DNA of 64,000 nucleotides from an uncultured Chloroflexia bacterium (GTDB taxonomy: Bacteria; Chloroflexota; Dehalococcoidia; Dehalococcoidales; RBG-16-60-22), in assembly GCA_963796365.1 (NCBI GenBank), contig CAWCLJ010000004.1:1229208-1293207 (forward strand), in the 5' to 3' direction. Both the position numbers and the translations under genes were made by a program. Position 1 is the first letter of the stretch. Each line of letters opens with the position of its first letter. Under the pieces are notes generated by a model, which was given only the letters and a program-made list of their open reading frames with translations, searched no databases and was not told the origin of the DNA. Shown in pieces: positions 40,910 through 51,727 of the stretch.

Positions 40910-41290
40910 TTATTTAGCGGCAACCATTTTCTTTGGAGCCCTGGTATTTAACAGGACAAAGATAAGCCCGATTTCAAGCATTATCTGGGCGATTTTCGTT
41001 ATCAAGCCCGGAGCGCTGAACATGACATCCGACCGGCTGCGCCACATCACATAAAATATCAATATGGGGAAAACATTGATAATTACCAGCGCGACCGGTA
41101 TCCAGTGTTTTTTCACGAATAAAAGCAGGCCGGCGGCAAGGTAAAATGCGCCCGCTATCCAGGCAAAAGGCGGGGGCGCATCTTTCTGCGTCAGGTCCGC
41201 CGCATGAATCACGCCCGCCCCCATGAGGAAATACCCGATTGAAGCGATAAACGCCAGGACAGTACAAACCCAAAGTAAATTTTTTGTCAT
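40910..41290 (-). CDS. Small membrane protein, unknown function
   Basis: Four hydrophobic segments; GGAG RBS before MTKNLL. Confidence 0.65.
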   Translation of the reverse strand: MTKNLLWVCTVLAFIASIGYFLMGAGVIHAADLTQKDAPPPFAWIAGAFYLAAGLLLFVKKHWIPVALVIINVFPILIFYVMWRSRSDVMFSAPGLITKIAQIMLEIGLIFVLLNTRAPKKMVAAK

Positions 41291-41551
41291 CGTTCTCCCC
41301 GAATTTCCTCTGATATTTTGTAAAAGCATATCATTTTCACTATCATATGTCTAAATTATCATACCACGGTTAAAATTGTGATAAATTTGTGATTTTATTT
41401 GACACTGTTGTTCCTACAGAATAAGATAATTAAGGTAGGCAGGATTCCACTTATCTTTCAATATTCCATAAATACCGCTCGGTTCTACCACTATGGTTAA
41501 AACACCCCATTTTCACCGGGGTTACATATAGTAAAGAAAGGAAACGGTTAC

Positions 41552-42977
41552 ATGGTAGGTATTATTTCTGCAGGCGCTTATATTCCTATTTACAGGCTTA
41601 ACCGTGAAGAAATCGGTAAAATCTGGGGTGGACGGGGGGGCGGTGGAGCTAAAGCCGTGGCCGGCTATGACGAAGATACGGTAACGATGGCGGCAGCTGC
41701 CGCGCTGGACTGCATCAGGCGGGGAGGCGCGGGATTGAACGGGCTTTCCCTGGCGACCACCACCGCACCCTACCGGGAAAAGGCGTCTTCATCGCTCGTT
41801 GCGGCCGTTGCCGATGTCGGTGAAGAATGCAGCACCGCCGATTACGCGGACTCTTTAAGGGCGGCTACCGCTGCTTTAAAAGCCGCCGCCGACGCCGTCA
41901 ACGCCGGTTCGGCGAAAAAAGTGATGGTCGTGGCATCGGACAGCCGCATCGGGGCAGCCAAAGGCAATTTCGAGCAAAATCTTGGCGACGGCGCCGCCGC
42001 TTTTATTATCGGCACGGAAAAACCCATCGCCGAGATCGAAGCAGTCTATTCGGTATTCAGCGATTTTACCGATATCTGGCGGGCCGATGACGATAAATTC
42101 CCCCGCTCCGCCGAGGGCCGTTTTATCGATGATGTCGGATACAATCCCACCATGCAGGCGGTCATCACCGGCGTTTTGAAAAAGGCCAGGCTCACCCCGG
42201 CGGATATTAAAAAATATGTTTATACTGCTTCCGATGCCCGCCAGCATGCCGGCCTGGCGAGGAGAATGAAGCTGGACAAAGCGCAGGTACAGGACCCGCT
42301 TTATAACGAAATCGGCAATACGGGGACGGCGGCGGGACTTTTAATGCTGGCAGCGGCCCTGGAAACGGCCAAACCCGGCGACCGCATCCTCTTTATCGGC
42401 TACGGTGACGGCGCGGATGCTTTTATCCTGCGCGTCACGGATGAAATTAAAAAATATCAGCAAGAGCCCGGTGGTTACCCCGCAATTAAAAGGTAAAATC
42501 AATATTACCTACGGGCAATACCTGACCTGGCGCAATCTGGTGCCGGTCGAGGCTTCCACTCTTCCTGACCGGCCGCTGATTTCCCTGCAAAGCCGCTGGC
42601 GCGAACGCAAAGTCGTTACCACGCTTACCGGCGTTAAATGCAAGAAATGCGGCACCCCGCAGATAGTCAGATCGGCCAGACGCCGCGCGTTTGCGTCAAA
42701 TGCCAGACAAAAGATGAGTTCGAACTTTACAAGTTCTCCGATAAAAAAGGCGTACTCTTCACTTACGCCATCGACCAGCTGATGCCCACCCTCAATCCCC
42801 CGGGCGTTAACGGCGTCATCGACTTCGAGGGCGGCGGCAGGTTCGTGTGGAGAGTTGACGGATTGCGATATCAGCAAACTCAAAGTAGGCATGCCGGTCG
42901 AGATGACCTACCGGAAGATGTTCACCAGCAAGGGCATCCACAACTATTTCTGGAAAGCCAAGCCGGTAGAATATTAA
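41552..42977 (+). pseudogene. HMG-CoA-synthase-like protein fused to a DUF35 zinc-ribbon/OB fold, about 3 frameshifts
   Basis: YIP.YRL, DEDTVTM, GDGAAA, IGNTG; then CKKCG, CVKC, GMPVEMTYRK, NYFWK in shifting frames. Confidence 0.8.
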
Positions 42978-42988
42978 TTAGAAAGGGA

Positions 42989-43085
42989 CTGTCATTCCGA
43001 GGGAACGAAGCGACCGAAGAGTATCAGAGCAGAGTGGGGATTACCCCTTCTACCCCGGTATCCTTCGCAATGCTCAGGATGACAA
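42989..43085. repeat. Family A complete element
   Basis: CTGTCATTCCGAG...GCTCAGGATGACA terminal inverted repeats. Confidence 0.75.
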
Positions 43086-43101
43086 AACAGGAGGATAAAC
43101 C

Positions 43102-44318
43102 ATGGACGGTATTAAAGATAAAGTCGCCATCGTCGGGATGGGCTGCACGCAAATTCGGGGAGCGGTGGGATAAAGGGGTGGAAGACCTAATCGTCGAAGC
43201 GGCCTATGAAGCTTTCGAGGACGCCGGCATCGGGCCCAAAGATATTCAGGCGGCCTGGGTCGGCACGGTCTTTTCCGGCCTCTCCGCCATCACCCTTTCC
43301 CCTCTCCAGTTCCAGTACATCCCCATGACCCGCGTGGAAAATATGTGCGCCACCGGCTCGGAGGCATTACGCGCCGCCAGTTATGCGGTAGCCGCCGGCG
43401 TTGTGCGATGTCGCCCTGGCGGTAGGGGTGGAAAAGCTTAAGGACTCCGGCGCGACGGGCGTCAAAGGCCCCAGCGTCGTCGGCGATAACCAGGACGGCA
43501 GCTCGGCCATCGGCCCCGGCTACAGCGCCCCGGCCTCTTTTGCCTACCTCGCCACCCGCTATTTCCATGACTACAATATCAAACCGGAAGAGGGCAAGAG
43601 GATTCTCGCGCAGATCGCGGTGAAGAACCATCATAACGGCAGCTTGAATCCCAAGGCGCACTTCCAGAACGAACTGACTATCGACCAGGTGGTCAACGCG
43701 CCGATTATCGCCTGGCCGCTAGGGCTTTATCGATTGCTGCGGCGTCAGCGACGGCGCGGCGGTGGCGATGGTCACCCGCGCCGATATGGCCAAGAAATTC
43801 CGCCCCGACCCCATTTACATCAAAGCTTTGCAGGTCACCGTGGGCGCGCGGCAGGGCGCCATGATGCAGGACTATGATTTCGTCCACATGGAAGAAAACG
43901 TCCGCGGCTCCAGGCTGGCTTACGCCGAAGCCGGCATCAAAAATCCCGCGCAAAGAAATCATCCTGCGCCGAAGTGCACGACTGCTTCAGCATCCATGAG
44001 ATGATTGTTTATGAAGACCTGCGGTTCAGCCACGCGCGGCCATGCCCCGGAAGATATTCGAGGCCGGTACGTTCACGCTCAAGGGCGAGCTGCCGGTCAA
44101 CACCGACGGCGGTTTAAAGTGCTTCGGGCACCCGCTCGGCGCTAGCGGCCTGCGCATGATGTACGAAATGTACAAGCAGCTCCAGGGCAAGGCGGGCCCG
44201 CGGCAGGTAAAGAACCCGCACCTGCGCCCTCACCCATAACCTCGGCGGCAACGCCGGCACGGGCGTTTGCTCCTGCTTTATCGTGGGGAATGAGAAAGGT
44301 AGTAAAGACGTAAATTGA
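43102..44318 (+). pseudogene. SCP-x-type thiolase (acetyl-CoA acetyltransferase), many frameshifts
   Basis: RVENMCATG, KNHHNG..NPKAH, EVHDCF, NTDGGLKCFGHPLGASG in several frames. Confidence 0.85.
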
Positions 44319-44483
44319 AATCAAATCTCGAAGGCACGTCTCAAAGATAAAGATGAATCGGGCAATCGTAAATCAATCACTGAGTATACAATAGATTTAA
44401 TTTATGAGATTGCTTCGATCCCGTATCGCGTACGGGACAAGCTCTCGAATTAGATTGAGATTGATTTATTAGGAGGTACTCTC

Positions 44484-45700
44484 ATGAAAATGGCTCTTGA
44501 AGGAATCCGAGTACTCGATGTTTCCGAGGCCGGGCTGGCACCGGTCTGCTGCCGTATCCTGGCCGATATGGGCGCGGAGGTCATTAAAGTGGAGCGGACC
44601 GGCGGCGGCGACCAGACCCGCGGCATCCTTAAAATTTGCGGCAACGTCCCGATTTACGATATCAACTACGTCCTCGAGTTCTATAACATGAATAAAAAGG
44701 GCATCACTCTCGACCTCAAGAAGAAAGAGGGCCGGGATATTTTATACAAACTGGTGGAAAAATCGGACGTATTCGTCTGCAACTTCCGCCCCCATGCCCT
44801 GGTCAGACCTGAAACTGGAATACAAGGATATCTCCGAAAATAAATCCGAAAATTATTTACACCCATCTTTCCGGTTACGGCCTGCACGGGCCGGAAAAAG
44901 ACACCGGCGCTTATGACTTCGTCGGTTACTGGGCGCGCAGCGGCGTCATGGCTTCCCTCGGCGAGCCGGGCACGTCGTTGGCTTTCCAGGTGCCGGGCTT
45001 CGGCGACAATACCACCGGCATGTATGCCGCCTGTGCCATCATGATGGCGCTCTTCCACCGCGAGCGCACCGGCGAAGGTCAGGAGGTCTGCGTCTCTCTG
45101 CTCGGCGGGGGCATATGGTCGATGGGTATCGTGCTTTCATCGGTGCTGGCCACCGGCCTGGAATACGGGCGTATTTCCCGCTTTAACCAGAGCAACCCAA
45201 TCTTTAACAACTACGAATGTTCCGACGGCCGCTGGATACAGCTTGCCTGCATCCAGGGAGACCGGTACTGGGACGGCATCTGCAAGGCCCTGGAACTGGG
45301 CAAACTGCATGACGACCCGAAATATAAGACGCATGAACTCCGCATGAAGAATAACGTGGAGTTAATCGCTATTCTCGATAAGATTTTCAAGAAAAAAACC
45401 CAGAAAGAATGGGCGGAGCGGCTCGCTAAAGAAAACGTTATCTGGACGACCGTCCGCACGCCGGGCGAAGTCGCTCAAGACCCCACCGCCTGGGCAGACA
45501 CTTATTTCCGGGAAATCGACCATCCGTCAGGAAAGAAACTGAAGGTCATCATGCCGCCGTGGCAGTTCAGCAAGACCCCCACCACTATCCGCCGCTCCGC
45601 CCCGGAATACGGCCAGCATACCGAGGAAATCCTCACGGAAACGCTCGGCATGAGCTGGGATGATGTTTCCAGGCTGAAAGATAAGAAAGTAATAGAGTAA
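44484..45700 (+). pseudogene. CaiB/BaiF family III CoA-transferase, frameshifts near 44810-44840
   Basis: LEGIRVLD, LADMGAEVIKVE, NFRP; later GD..G, ALFHRERTGEGQ, APEYGQHT. Confidence 0.85.
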
Positions 45701-45725
45701 TAGAGCAATAGAGTAATTGCATTAC

Positions 45726-46154
45726 TATCATTCTGGAGCGAAGCGAAGAATCCGGTCGAGGGGTGGTGTAAAAAATAACTTGAGATGAGAGAGTACTTTG
45801 TGTATATCCTCTCGAATAAACGCGATACTTTATACGTTGGGGTGAATAACGATTTAGAGCGCCGCGTTTTTGAACATAAGAACAAGCTAATCGAAGGTTT
45901 CACAAAGAAGTATAATGTTACCGGGCTCGTTTACTTTGAATCTACTGATGATGTGACAATAGCCATTGCGAGAGAAAAACAAATAAAAGGAATGCTGAGA
46001 AGCAAAAAGATTGAACTGATAAAGACCATGAATCCGCAATTGGAAGACTTGAGCGAAGATTGGTTTGAAAAATAGTTAAAATAGCCCCCCGCTACCGGAT
46101 TCTTCGTCCCCTGATAGGGGAAAAAGAAATATCGGGGGACTCCAGAATGATAGT
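45726..46154. mobile_element. Candidate element: GIY-YIG gene bracketed by family A inverted repeats
   Basis: Left CTATCATTCTGGAG..CGAAGAATCCGGT; right ACCGGATTCTTCG..CTCCAGAATGATAG. Confidence 0.65.
45785..46075 (+). CDS. Small stand-alone GIY-YIG nuclease
   Basis: YFVYIL...LYVGVNNDLERRVFEHK, FTKKY, AIAREKQIK, NP.LEDL. Confidence 0.9.
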   Translation: MREYFVYILSNKRDTLYVGVNNDLERRVFEHKNKLIEGFTKKYNVTGLVYFESTDDVTIAIAREKQIKGMLRSKKIELIKTMNPQLEDLSEDWFEK

Positions 46155-46167
46155 TAAGGAGGTAATT

Positions 46168-47105
46168 ATGGGCGATTTATTAAAAGGCAAAGTTGCGGTA
46201 GTAACCGGTTCCGGCAACGGCCTGGGACGCGCTGAAGCTATCGCGATAGCGGCACAGGGCGCGAAAGTTGTTATTAATGACCTCGGTACCACTTCTGATG
46301 GCAAAGGCCAGGACAAAGGCCCGGCGGAACGGGTCGTTAATGAGATTAAAGCGGCCGGCGGTACGGCCGTTCCCAGCTATGCCAGCGTCGGCACGGTGGA
46401 AGGCGCCGAAAGCATTATTAAAACTGCCGTCGATAATTTTGGCCGGCTGGATATTTTAGTAAATAACGCCGGTTTTAACCGCGACCGTATGATATACAAT
46501 ATCCCGGATGAAGACTGGAACGCCGTTCTTTCCGTAAATTTGAGCGGGACTTTTTACTGCACCCGCGCGGCCTGCCGCATTATGAAAGACCAGAAATACG
46601 GGCGTATTATCAGCACTTCCTCTCACGCCGGGCTGGGTAACATGGGGCAGTCCATATACAGCGCCGCAAAAGAGGGTATCGTAGGCCTGATGCGCACGGT
46701 AGCGCGTGACATGCAGCGGTACGGCGTCACCTGCAATGTTATAAGGCCGGTATCCGGTACACGCGGTTTTAAAGAAATGCTGGAAACAAGGGACTTGCGG
46801 ATGCCTGGGCCAAGATGTGGGGCAAAGAAATTGCCGAACGCCGCCTCCACCAGATGGTAGATTTAAATCAGCCGGAAGATGTCGCTAACCTCGTAGCTTA
46901 TCTGGCGACCGATAAAGCGGACAACATTAACGGCTGTGTCTTCGAGGTCTGGCACGGGCACATCGGAGTTTTCAACGACCCGCCGCCGCTGGAAGGCGTG
47001 CTCTGGAAAGACGGGCGCTTTACGCCGGAAGAGCTTGCCGAGACGATGCCGGCGACGATTACGAGAAATAAAGTACACGACCTGCCGGCGATATTCCCGT
47101 TCTAA
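46168..47105 (+). pseudogene. SDR oxidoreductase, frameshift at ~46800
   Basis: TGSGNGLG, NNAG, YSAAK; C-terminal part PEDVA..YLA in the next ORF. Confidence 0.8.
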
Positions 47106-47110
47106 TAAGG

Positions 47111-47225
47111 CTGTCATTGCGAGCCATTGATCCACCTCCGGCGGAGAAAGGCGTGGCAATCTCCTGGACCGAACTAATCCGATGATAGAGATTCTCACGG
47201 TCGCTTCGCTCCCTCAGAATGACAA
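47111..47225. repeat. Family A complete element
   Basis: CTGTCATTGCGAG...GCAATCTC-spacer-GAGATT...CTCAGAATGACA. Confidence 0.8.
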
Positions 47226-47245
47226 ATAATAATAGGGAGAAAAAA

Positions 47246-47641
47246 ATGTTAAAGAAAATGGACCACATCGGCGTCGTCGTTAAGGACCTGGATAGCGCTA
47301 TCAAGAATTACACGGATATGTTCGGTTTTAAAGTAGTAGAAAAAATGGAAGGCCCGGGCGGCGAATTTAAAAACGCCATGCTGCAGCAGGGCGATGTCCG
47401 CGTGGAGTTGTTCCAGCCTTTAAAGGAGGGGAGCTTCTCCCGCTTCCTCGAGGAAAAGGGCGGCGGCATCCATCATATTTCTTTTGTCACGGATAACATT
47501 GAAAAAGAAGCTAAAGCACTAAAAGCCAAAGGCAAGAAACTGCAGAATGAAAAACCAATAGAAATGCCCACGGCAAAAATTATCTTCATCCACCCCTCCG
47601 CCGCGGAAAACGTTCTCATCGAGCTGGTTGAAAAGAAATAA
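47246..47641 (+). CDS. Methylmalonyl-CoA epimerase / VOC family protein
   Basis: DHIGVVV, VELFQP, GGIHHI, FIHP....VLIEL. Confidence 0.85.
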   Translation: MLKKMDHIGVVVKDLDSAIKNYTDMFGFKVVEKMEGPGGEFKNAMLQQGDVRVELFQPLKEGSFSRFLEEKGGGIHHISFVTDNIEKEAKALKAKGKKLQNEKPIEMPTAKIIFIHPSAAENVLIELVEKK

Positions 47642-47745
47642 GCATTTCGAACGGAATTAACGACAACCAAAATACCCCCTCACCTTAATCCTCTCCCGCA
47701 AAGGGCGAGGAAACGGGATGAGGGGTATTTTTTTGGTTATTTCCC

Positions 47746-49137
47746 TTACGCCACCAGCAAGGGAATCAGTTTCCTTACGCTGTCCACTTTTTCCAGGTTA
47801 AGCAGCTTATCCAGCAGTTCCGTGGCTTTCTTTTTGCCGATTTTTTGCGTGAAATCAACGTTTACCCAGTATTTGGCGATAATTTCGTCATGGCTCATGG
47901 GGTTATCTTTGGGGTCGCCTTTAACTTTAGTAACGTTTTCCGTCAGCTTGCGGCCGTCTTTGGTAGTAACGATGATGCGGGCTTTTTCAAACTCGACGTC
48001 TTTCACAGCGGTAAGATTTATTTTCTTGATGAATTCAGCCACGGCCGGATTGCGGATAGCTTTTTCCGTCATATGCTCCGGTTTGACGCTGCCGAATAAA
48101 AATGCAGTAGCGATGACATATTGATAGTTGAATGCGGCGTTCCCGTGCGGGAAAGGCCCGATTTTAAAGGGGTGCCCCACCACGTGGTCGATACCGCCCT
48201 GGGCGGTTTCCAGCAGGACCGCATCAATGTCATCACCTTTAAGATTGTATTTTTGTACCAGCGTTAAACATGCCTGGATGGCGGAATGGACGATTCGGCA
48301 GCAGGGATAAGGTTTTATCGTGCCATCATAACAATAGTCTTTACCCACGCCTTCGGAAAGCACCTGCGGTTTTTTGCAGCCCTCGGTGAACATCTTGTAA
48401 TAGCCGAACTTGCCCATCAAAGTATCTTCCGGCCCGGTCCACCCGGCTTTAGCCAGCTGCGCCGAAGTGATGCCGCCCCTGGCGGCCAGCCCCTGCGGCA
48501 GCTTGAAGGCCGTCGCCCCGTCCCAGAAGGACTGGAAGGTCGTCCCTATCTGGTTTAAAGCAATGCCGAAAGCGTTTCTTAACTGCAGTTTGTCCAGCCC
48601 CATCAGCCGGGCAGCGGTAGCCGTGACGCCGAAAGTATTGACGGTGCCCACGCCGTCCCACCCTAAGGAAAACCCGAAGCCCGAGCCGGCGAGAATCCTG
48701 GAAGCAATGTCATCGCCGACCAGCAGGGCGGCGATAAATTCCTTGCCGCTGGCATTAGCGGCTTCGGCGAGGGAAAAGGCCGCCGGTACCGTGGTTTCGC
48801 TGATATGCCCCGGGCAGCTGACGCCGTCTACCAGCGGGCTGACCGAGCCGAAATCGAACGAGCGTGCCATAATGCAGTTCATGAAAGCGGCTTCCGCTAC
48901 CGGTAATTTGTCCCCGTGGATGAGCACGGTAGCTTCTTTTTTGCCGCCCTTATCTTTAAAGAGCTTTAGCAGTTCAGGATTTCCTGCATCCAGAGAACCG
49001 CCGATGAGACAGCCAAGCGTATCGATAATCCGGTACTTGGTGGTTTCCAGCAATTCCGGTGTAAAATTTTCAAAACGCGTGTCCAGCGCATGGGCCGCCA
49101 GGCGTTCGATAGCGGTAGGTTCGGCTGAATTATTCAT
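47746..49137 (-). CDS. MmgE/PrpD family protein
   Basis: DTLGC..G, FDF, IKPYPCCR..H, KGDP. Confidence 0.9.
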   Translation of the reverse strand: MNNSAEPTAIERLAAHALDTRFENFTPELLETTKYRIIDTLGCLIGGSLDAGNPELLKLFKDKGGKKEATVLIHGDKLPVAEAAFMNCIMARSFDFGSVSPLVDGVSCPGHISETTVPAAFSLAEAANASGKEFIAALLVGDDIASRILAGSGFGFSLGWDGVGTVNTFGVTATAARLMGLDKLQLRNAFGIALNQIGTTFQSFWDGATAFKLPQGLAARGGITSAQLAKAGWTGPEDTLMGKFGYYKMFTEGCKKPQVLSEGVGKDYCYDGTIKPYPCCRIVHSAIQACLTLVQKYNLKGDDIDAVLLETAQGGIDHVVGHPFKIGPFPHGNAAFNYQYVIATAFLFGSVKPEHMTEKAIRNPAVAEFIKKINLTAVKDVEFEKARIIVTTKDGRKLTENVTKVKGDPKDNPMSHDEIIAKYWVNVDFTQKIGKKKATELLDKLLNLEKVDSVRKLIPLLVA

Positions 49138-49155
49138 TTCTGCCTCCAATGTTTT

Positions 49156-49262
49156 TGTCATTGCGAGCCATTGGAGGCGAAGCCGACAAGGCGTGGCAAT
49201 CTCTTAGATTGAATTAAGATAATGATTGAGATTGACGCTTCGCTTCGCCCATCGCAATGCCA
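49156..49262. repeat. Family A complete element
   Basis: TGTCATTGCGAG...GCAATCTC-spacer-GAGATTG...TCGCAATGCCA. Confidence 0.8.
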
Positions 49263-49270
49263 GTTAATAT

Positions 49271-50443
49271 TTATTTTCCCAAAACAACCGGCTTTTTCCC
49301 GGCGGTAACAAGCTTTTTCGCGTTTTCTTCGTTTAATTCCACGCCGAGGCCGGGCCCGTCCGGCGGATAAAGGTAGCCGCCTTCATAGCGGACCGGTTTG
49401 ACGGCCAGGTCGTTCTTTATCGGGCCGCTAACAGTATCGTAAAGTTTATTAAGGTTCAGCGGGCCGATGGATTCCTGTTCGATCTTGCCCATCCAGCCGG
49501 TGCCGGCCAGGAAAGCCGCTTCTACCGCTGCCCCGAGCCCGGTATTGATCATGCAGCCGCACATTACCGGCAGATTGGCGGCCATCGCCACCGCTACCCA
49601 CCGGCGTGACTTTAAGATGCCGCCGGCCTTGGGCACCTTGAGGAAAAGGCCGTCGGCGGCGTCTTTTTCAATAATCTGGAGCACATGGCCGAGCTCGGCG
49701 GCGGACTCATCCGGGAAAATCGGTACGTCTACCTTGCGGCGCAGCCTCGCCAGGCCGTCGATGTCCCACCAAGGCACCGGTTGTTCGGCTAAGACGATGT
49801 CATATTTAGCCGCTTTCTGGAGGAAATAAAGTGCCTGGTTATACATCCAGCCGCCGTTGGCATCTGTCATGATTCTGATTTTGTTTCCCACCGCTGCCCT
49901 TAAAGCGCCTAACATCTCAAGGTCTTCATCCGGCGTGTGGGCGCCCACCTTTAATTTCAGCGCCTGATATCCGGCTTTGACCAGCGCTTTGCCTTCCGCT
50001 CCCACTGCTTCCGCCGAGCCAGAAGACATAACGAAACAAAGCTGGATTTTAGGATTGCACAGGCCGCCGATAAGCTTGTAGACAGGCACTCCCAGCGCTT
50101 TTCCCATCAGGTCATGCAGGGCGTAATCCACCACCGCTTTGGAGTGATTGTTGGCGCGCGTGGCTTTGTCCATCTTCGCCACGATTGTCTCGATGTTAAA
50201 CGGGTCTTCTCCAAGTAAAATCTGCGGCCCGAAGACCTGTGTCAGGTTAAACATAATGGAGTCCTGGCTCTCACCCATATACCAGAGCGATGTATCGCCG
50301 GTTTCCGCGATGCCCGTAATACCTTCATCCGTATGAATTTTGAGTAAAACGGCATCCGACTTGGTGACCGCACCACCGGACATTATCATCGGTTTTGCGA
50401 AGGGTATTGATAGCGGGATACATTCAACTTTGGTGATTTTCAT
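49271..50443 (-). CDS. Mandelate racemase / muconate lactonizing enzyme family
   Basis: KLKVG, DAN, EQP, DES, GPGLG. Confidence 0.9.
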   Translation of the reverse strand: MKITKVECIPLSIPFAKPMIMSGGAVTKSDAVLLKIHTDEGITGIAETGDTSLWYMGESQDSIMFNLTQVFGPQILLGEDPFNIETIVAKMDKATRANNHSKAVVDYALHDLMGKALGVPVYKLIGGLCNPKIQLCFVMSSGSAEAVGAEGKALVKAGYQALKLKVGAHTPDEDLEMLGALRAAVGNKIRIMTDANGGWMYNQALYFLQKAAKYDIVLAEQPVPWWDIDGLARLRRKVDVPIFPDESAAELGHVLQIIEKDAADGLFLKVPKAGGILKSRRWVAVAMAANLPVMCGCMINTGLGAAVEAAFLAGTGWMGKIEQESIGPLNLNKLYDTVSGPIKNDLAVKPVRYEGGYLYPPDGPGLGVELNEENAKKLVTAGKKPVVLGK

Positions 50444-50611
50444 GGGGTTTCCTCCTGATATAAGCAGTACAACTATAAAATGTCATTTCTATTTAGCACC
50501 AAAAAGAGGAGATAAGTCAAACGAACTGGAGGTATCGGGAAGTCAAATAACCAAAATACAAGATACAAATTCCAAACAAATCTCAAATTTCAATAACCAA
50601 AATTAAATATT

Positions 50612-50724
50612 ATCATTCCTGACCCCGTATCAAGTACGGGGCAGGCTCTGATCGGGAATCCAGCGTTGAGCTCAATTACTCTTTACCTTCATTTAGTGGA
50701 TCCCCGCTTTCGCGGGGATGACAA
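50612..50724. repeat. Family A-like element with nested CCCGTATCAAGTACGGG hairpin
   Basis: ATCATTCCTG...GGGAATCCAG-spacer-TGGATCCCCGCTTTCGCGGGGATGACA. Confidence 0.7.
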
Positions 50725-50767
50725 CTTCTGGCGTTTAGTTATGGTTTCTTGGTTGGTAGTTTTTCGT

Positions 50768-51343
50768 CTACGCCCTTTTTAACGCTTTCGGCCTTGTCCT
50801 GAACCAGGTGGTAATGCCGACCAGCGCCGGCAGGGCCATCCCGTAAACGATGAGAATCGCGGGAATTTTCAAGACCCAGTCTACGAACGGAAGGACGATA
50901 AAAAGGAAAGCCATCGATGGGGTGACGTTGCGTCTCCAGATAAGAATTAACACTGTCGGCAGCGCGAGTATCAGCATAGGGATGGTCACCAGCACCATCA
51001 GTATTCCTAAAGTGGTCGCGACGCCCCGCCCGCCCCGGAAACCCAGGAAAACCGGCCAGTTATGACCGACGACCGCCGCCAGCCCGGCGAATAAAACGAC
51101 CGTTTGCGACATCGAAGCTGCCATCGCAATGAGGATTACCACGCAGCCTTTGACTGCATCGATAGAGCCGACAATAATTCCGGCTGTAGGATCGAGTTCG
51201 CGGTAGGCATTGGCGGCGCCAGCGTTGAGGTCGCCCATTTTGCGGATATCGTGCCCCGTGCCAAGACGGCCGGCGATGTAGGCGGTAGGAATCGAGCCGA
51301 CGAAATAACTCAAGATAACCACAAACCACGGCATAACACGCAC
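50768..51343 (-). CDS. plsY: Glycerol-3-phosphate acyltransferase
   Basis: YFVGSIP, DIR..G..NAGAAN, D..KG, GHNWPVF..FRGGRGVAT. Confidence 0.85.
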   Translation of the reverse strand: MRVMPWFVVILSYFVGSIPTAYIAGRLGTGHDIRKMGDLNAGAANAYRELDPTAGIIVGSIDAVKGCVVILIAMAASMSQTVVLFAGLAAVVGHNWPVFLGFRGGRGVATTLGILMVLVTIPMLILALPTVLILIWRRNVTPSMAFLFIVLPFVDWVLKIPAILIVYGMALPALVGITTWFRTRPKALKRA

Positions 51344-51350
51344 CCCATTT

Positions 51351-51437
<87 letters not shown>

Positions 51438-51727
51438 ACGTACAGAAATATTGTAGGGTGTAATACATAGAGTGTCAAGGGAGGGAGAGAAGGGGAAGGA
51501 AATCCTAAGCACTAAGCACGAAATCCGAAACAAGCACAAATAAACAAAATACTAATGTTTTAAGTTTTATAATTTGGAATTGGAATTTCTTTAGGATTTA
51601 GAGAAGCTCTGAATAAGTCCGAATCAGCCCTCCCGTGTCAAGTACGGGACAGGCTTTAAATCCCCCCATTCTTGGGGGACTGGGGACTCCTTTTTCAGAG
51701 GTTTCTTAGATATTAGAGTTTCCCTTT

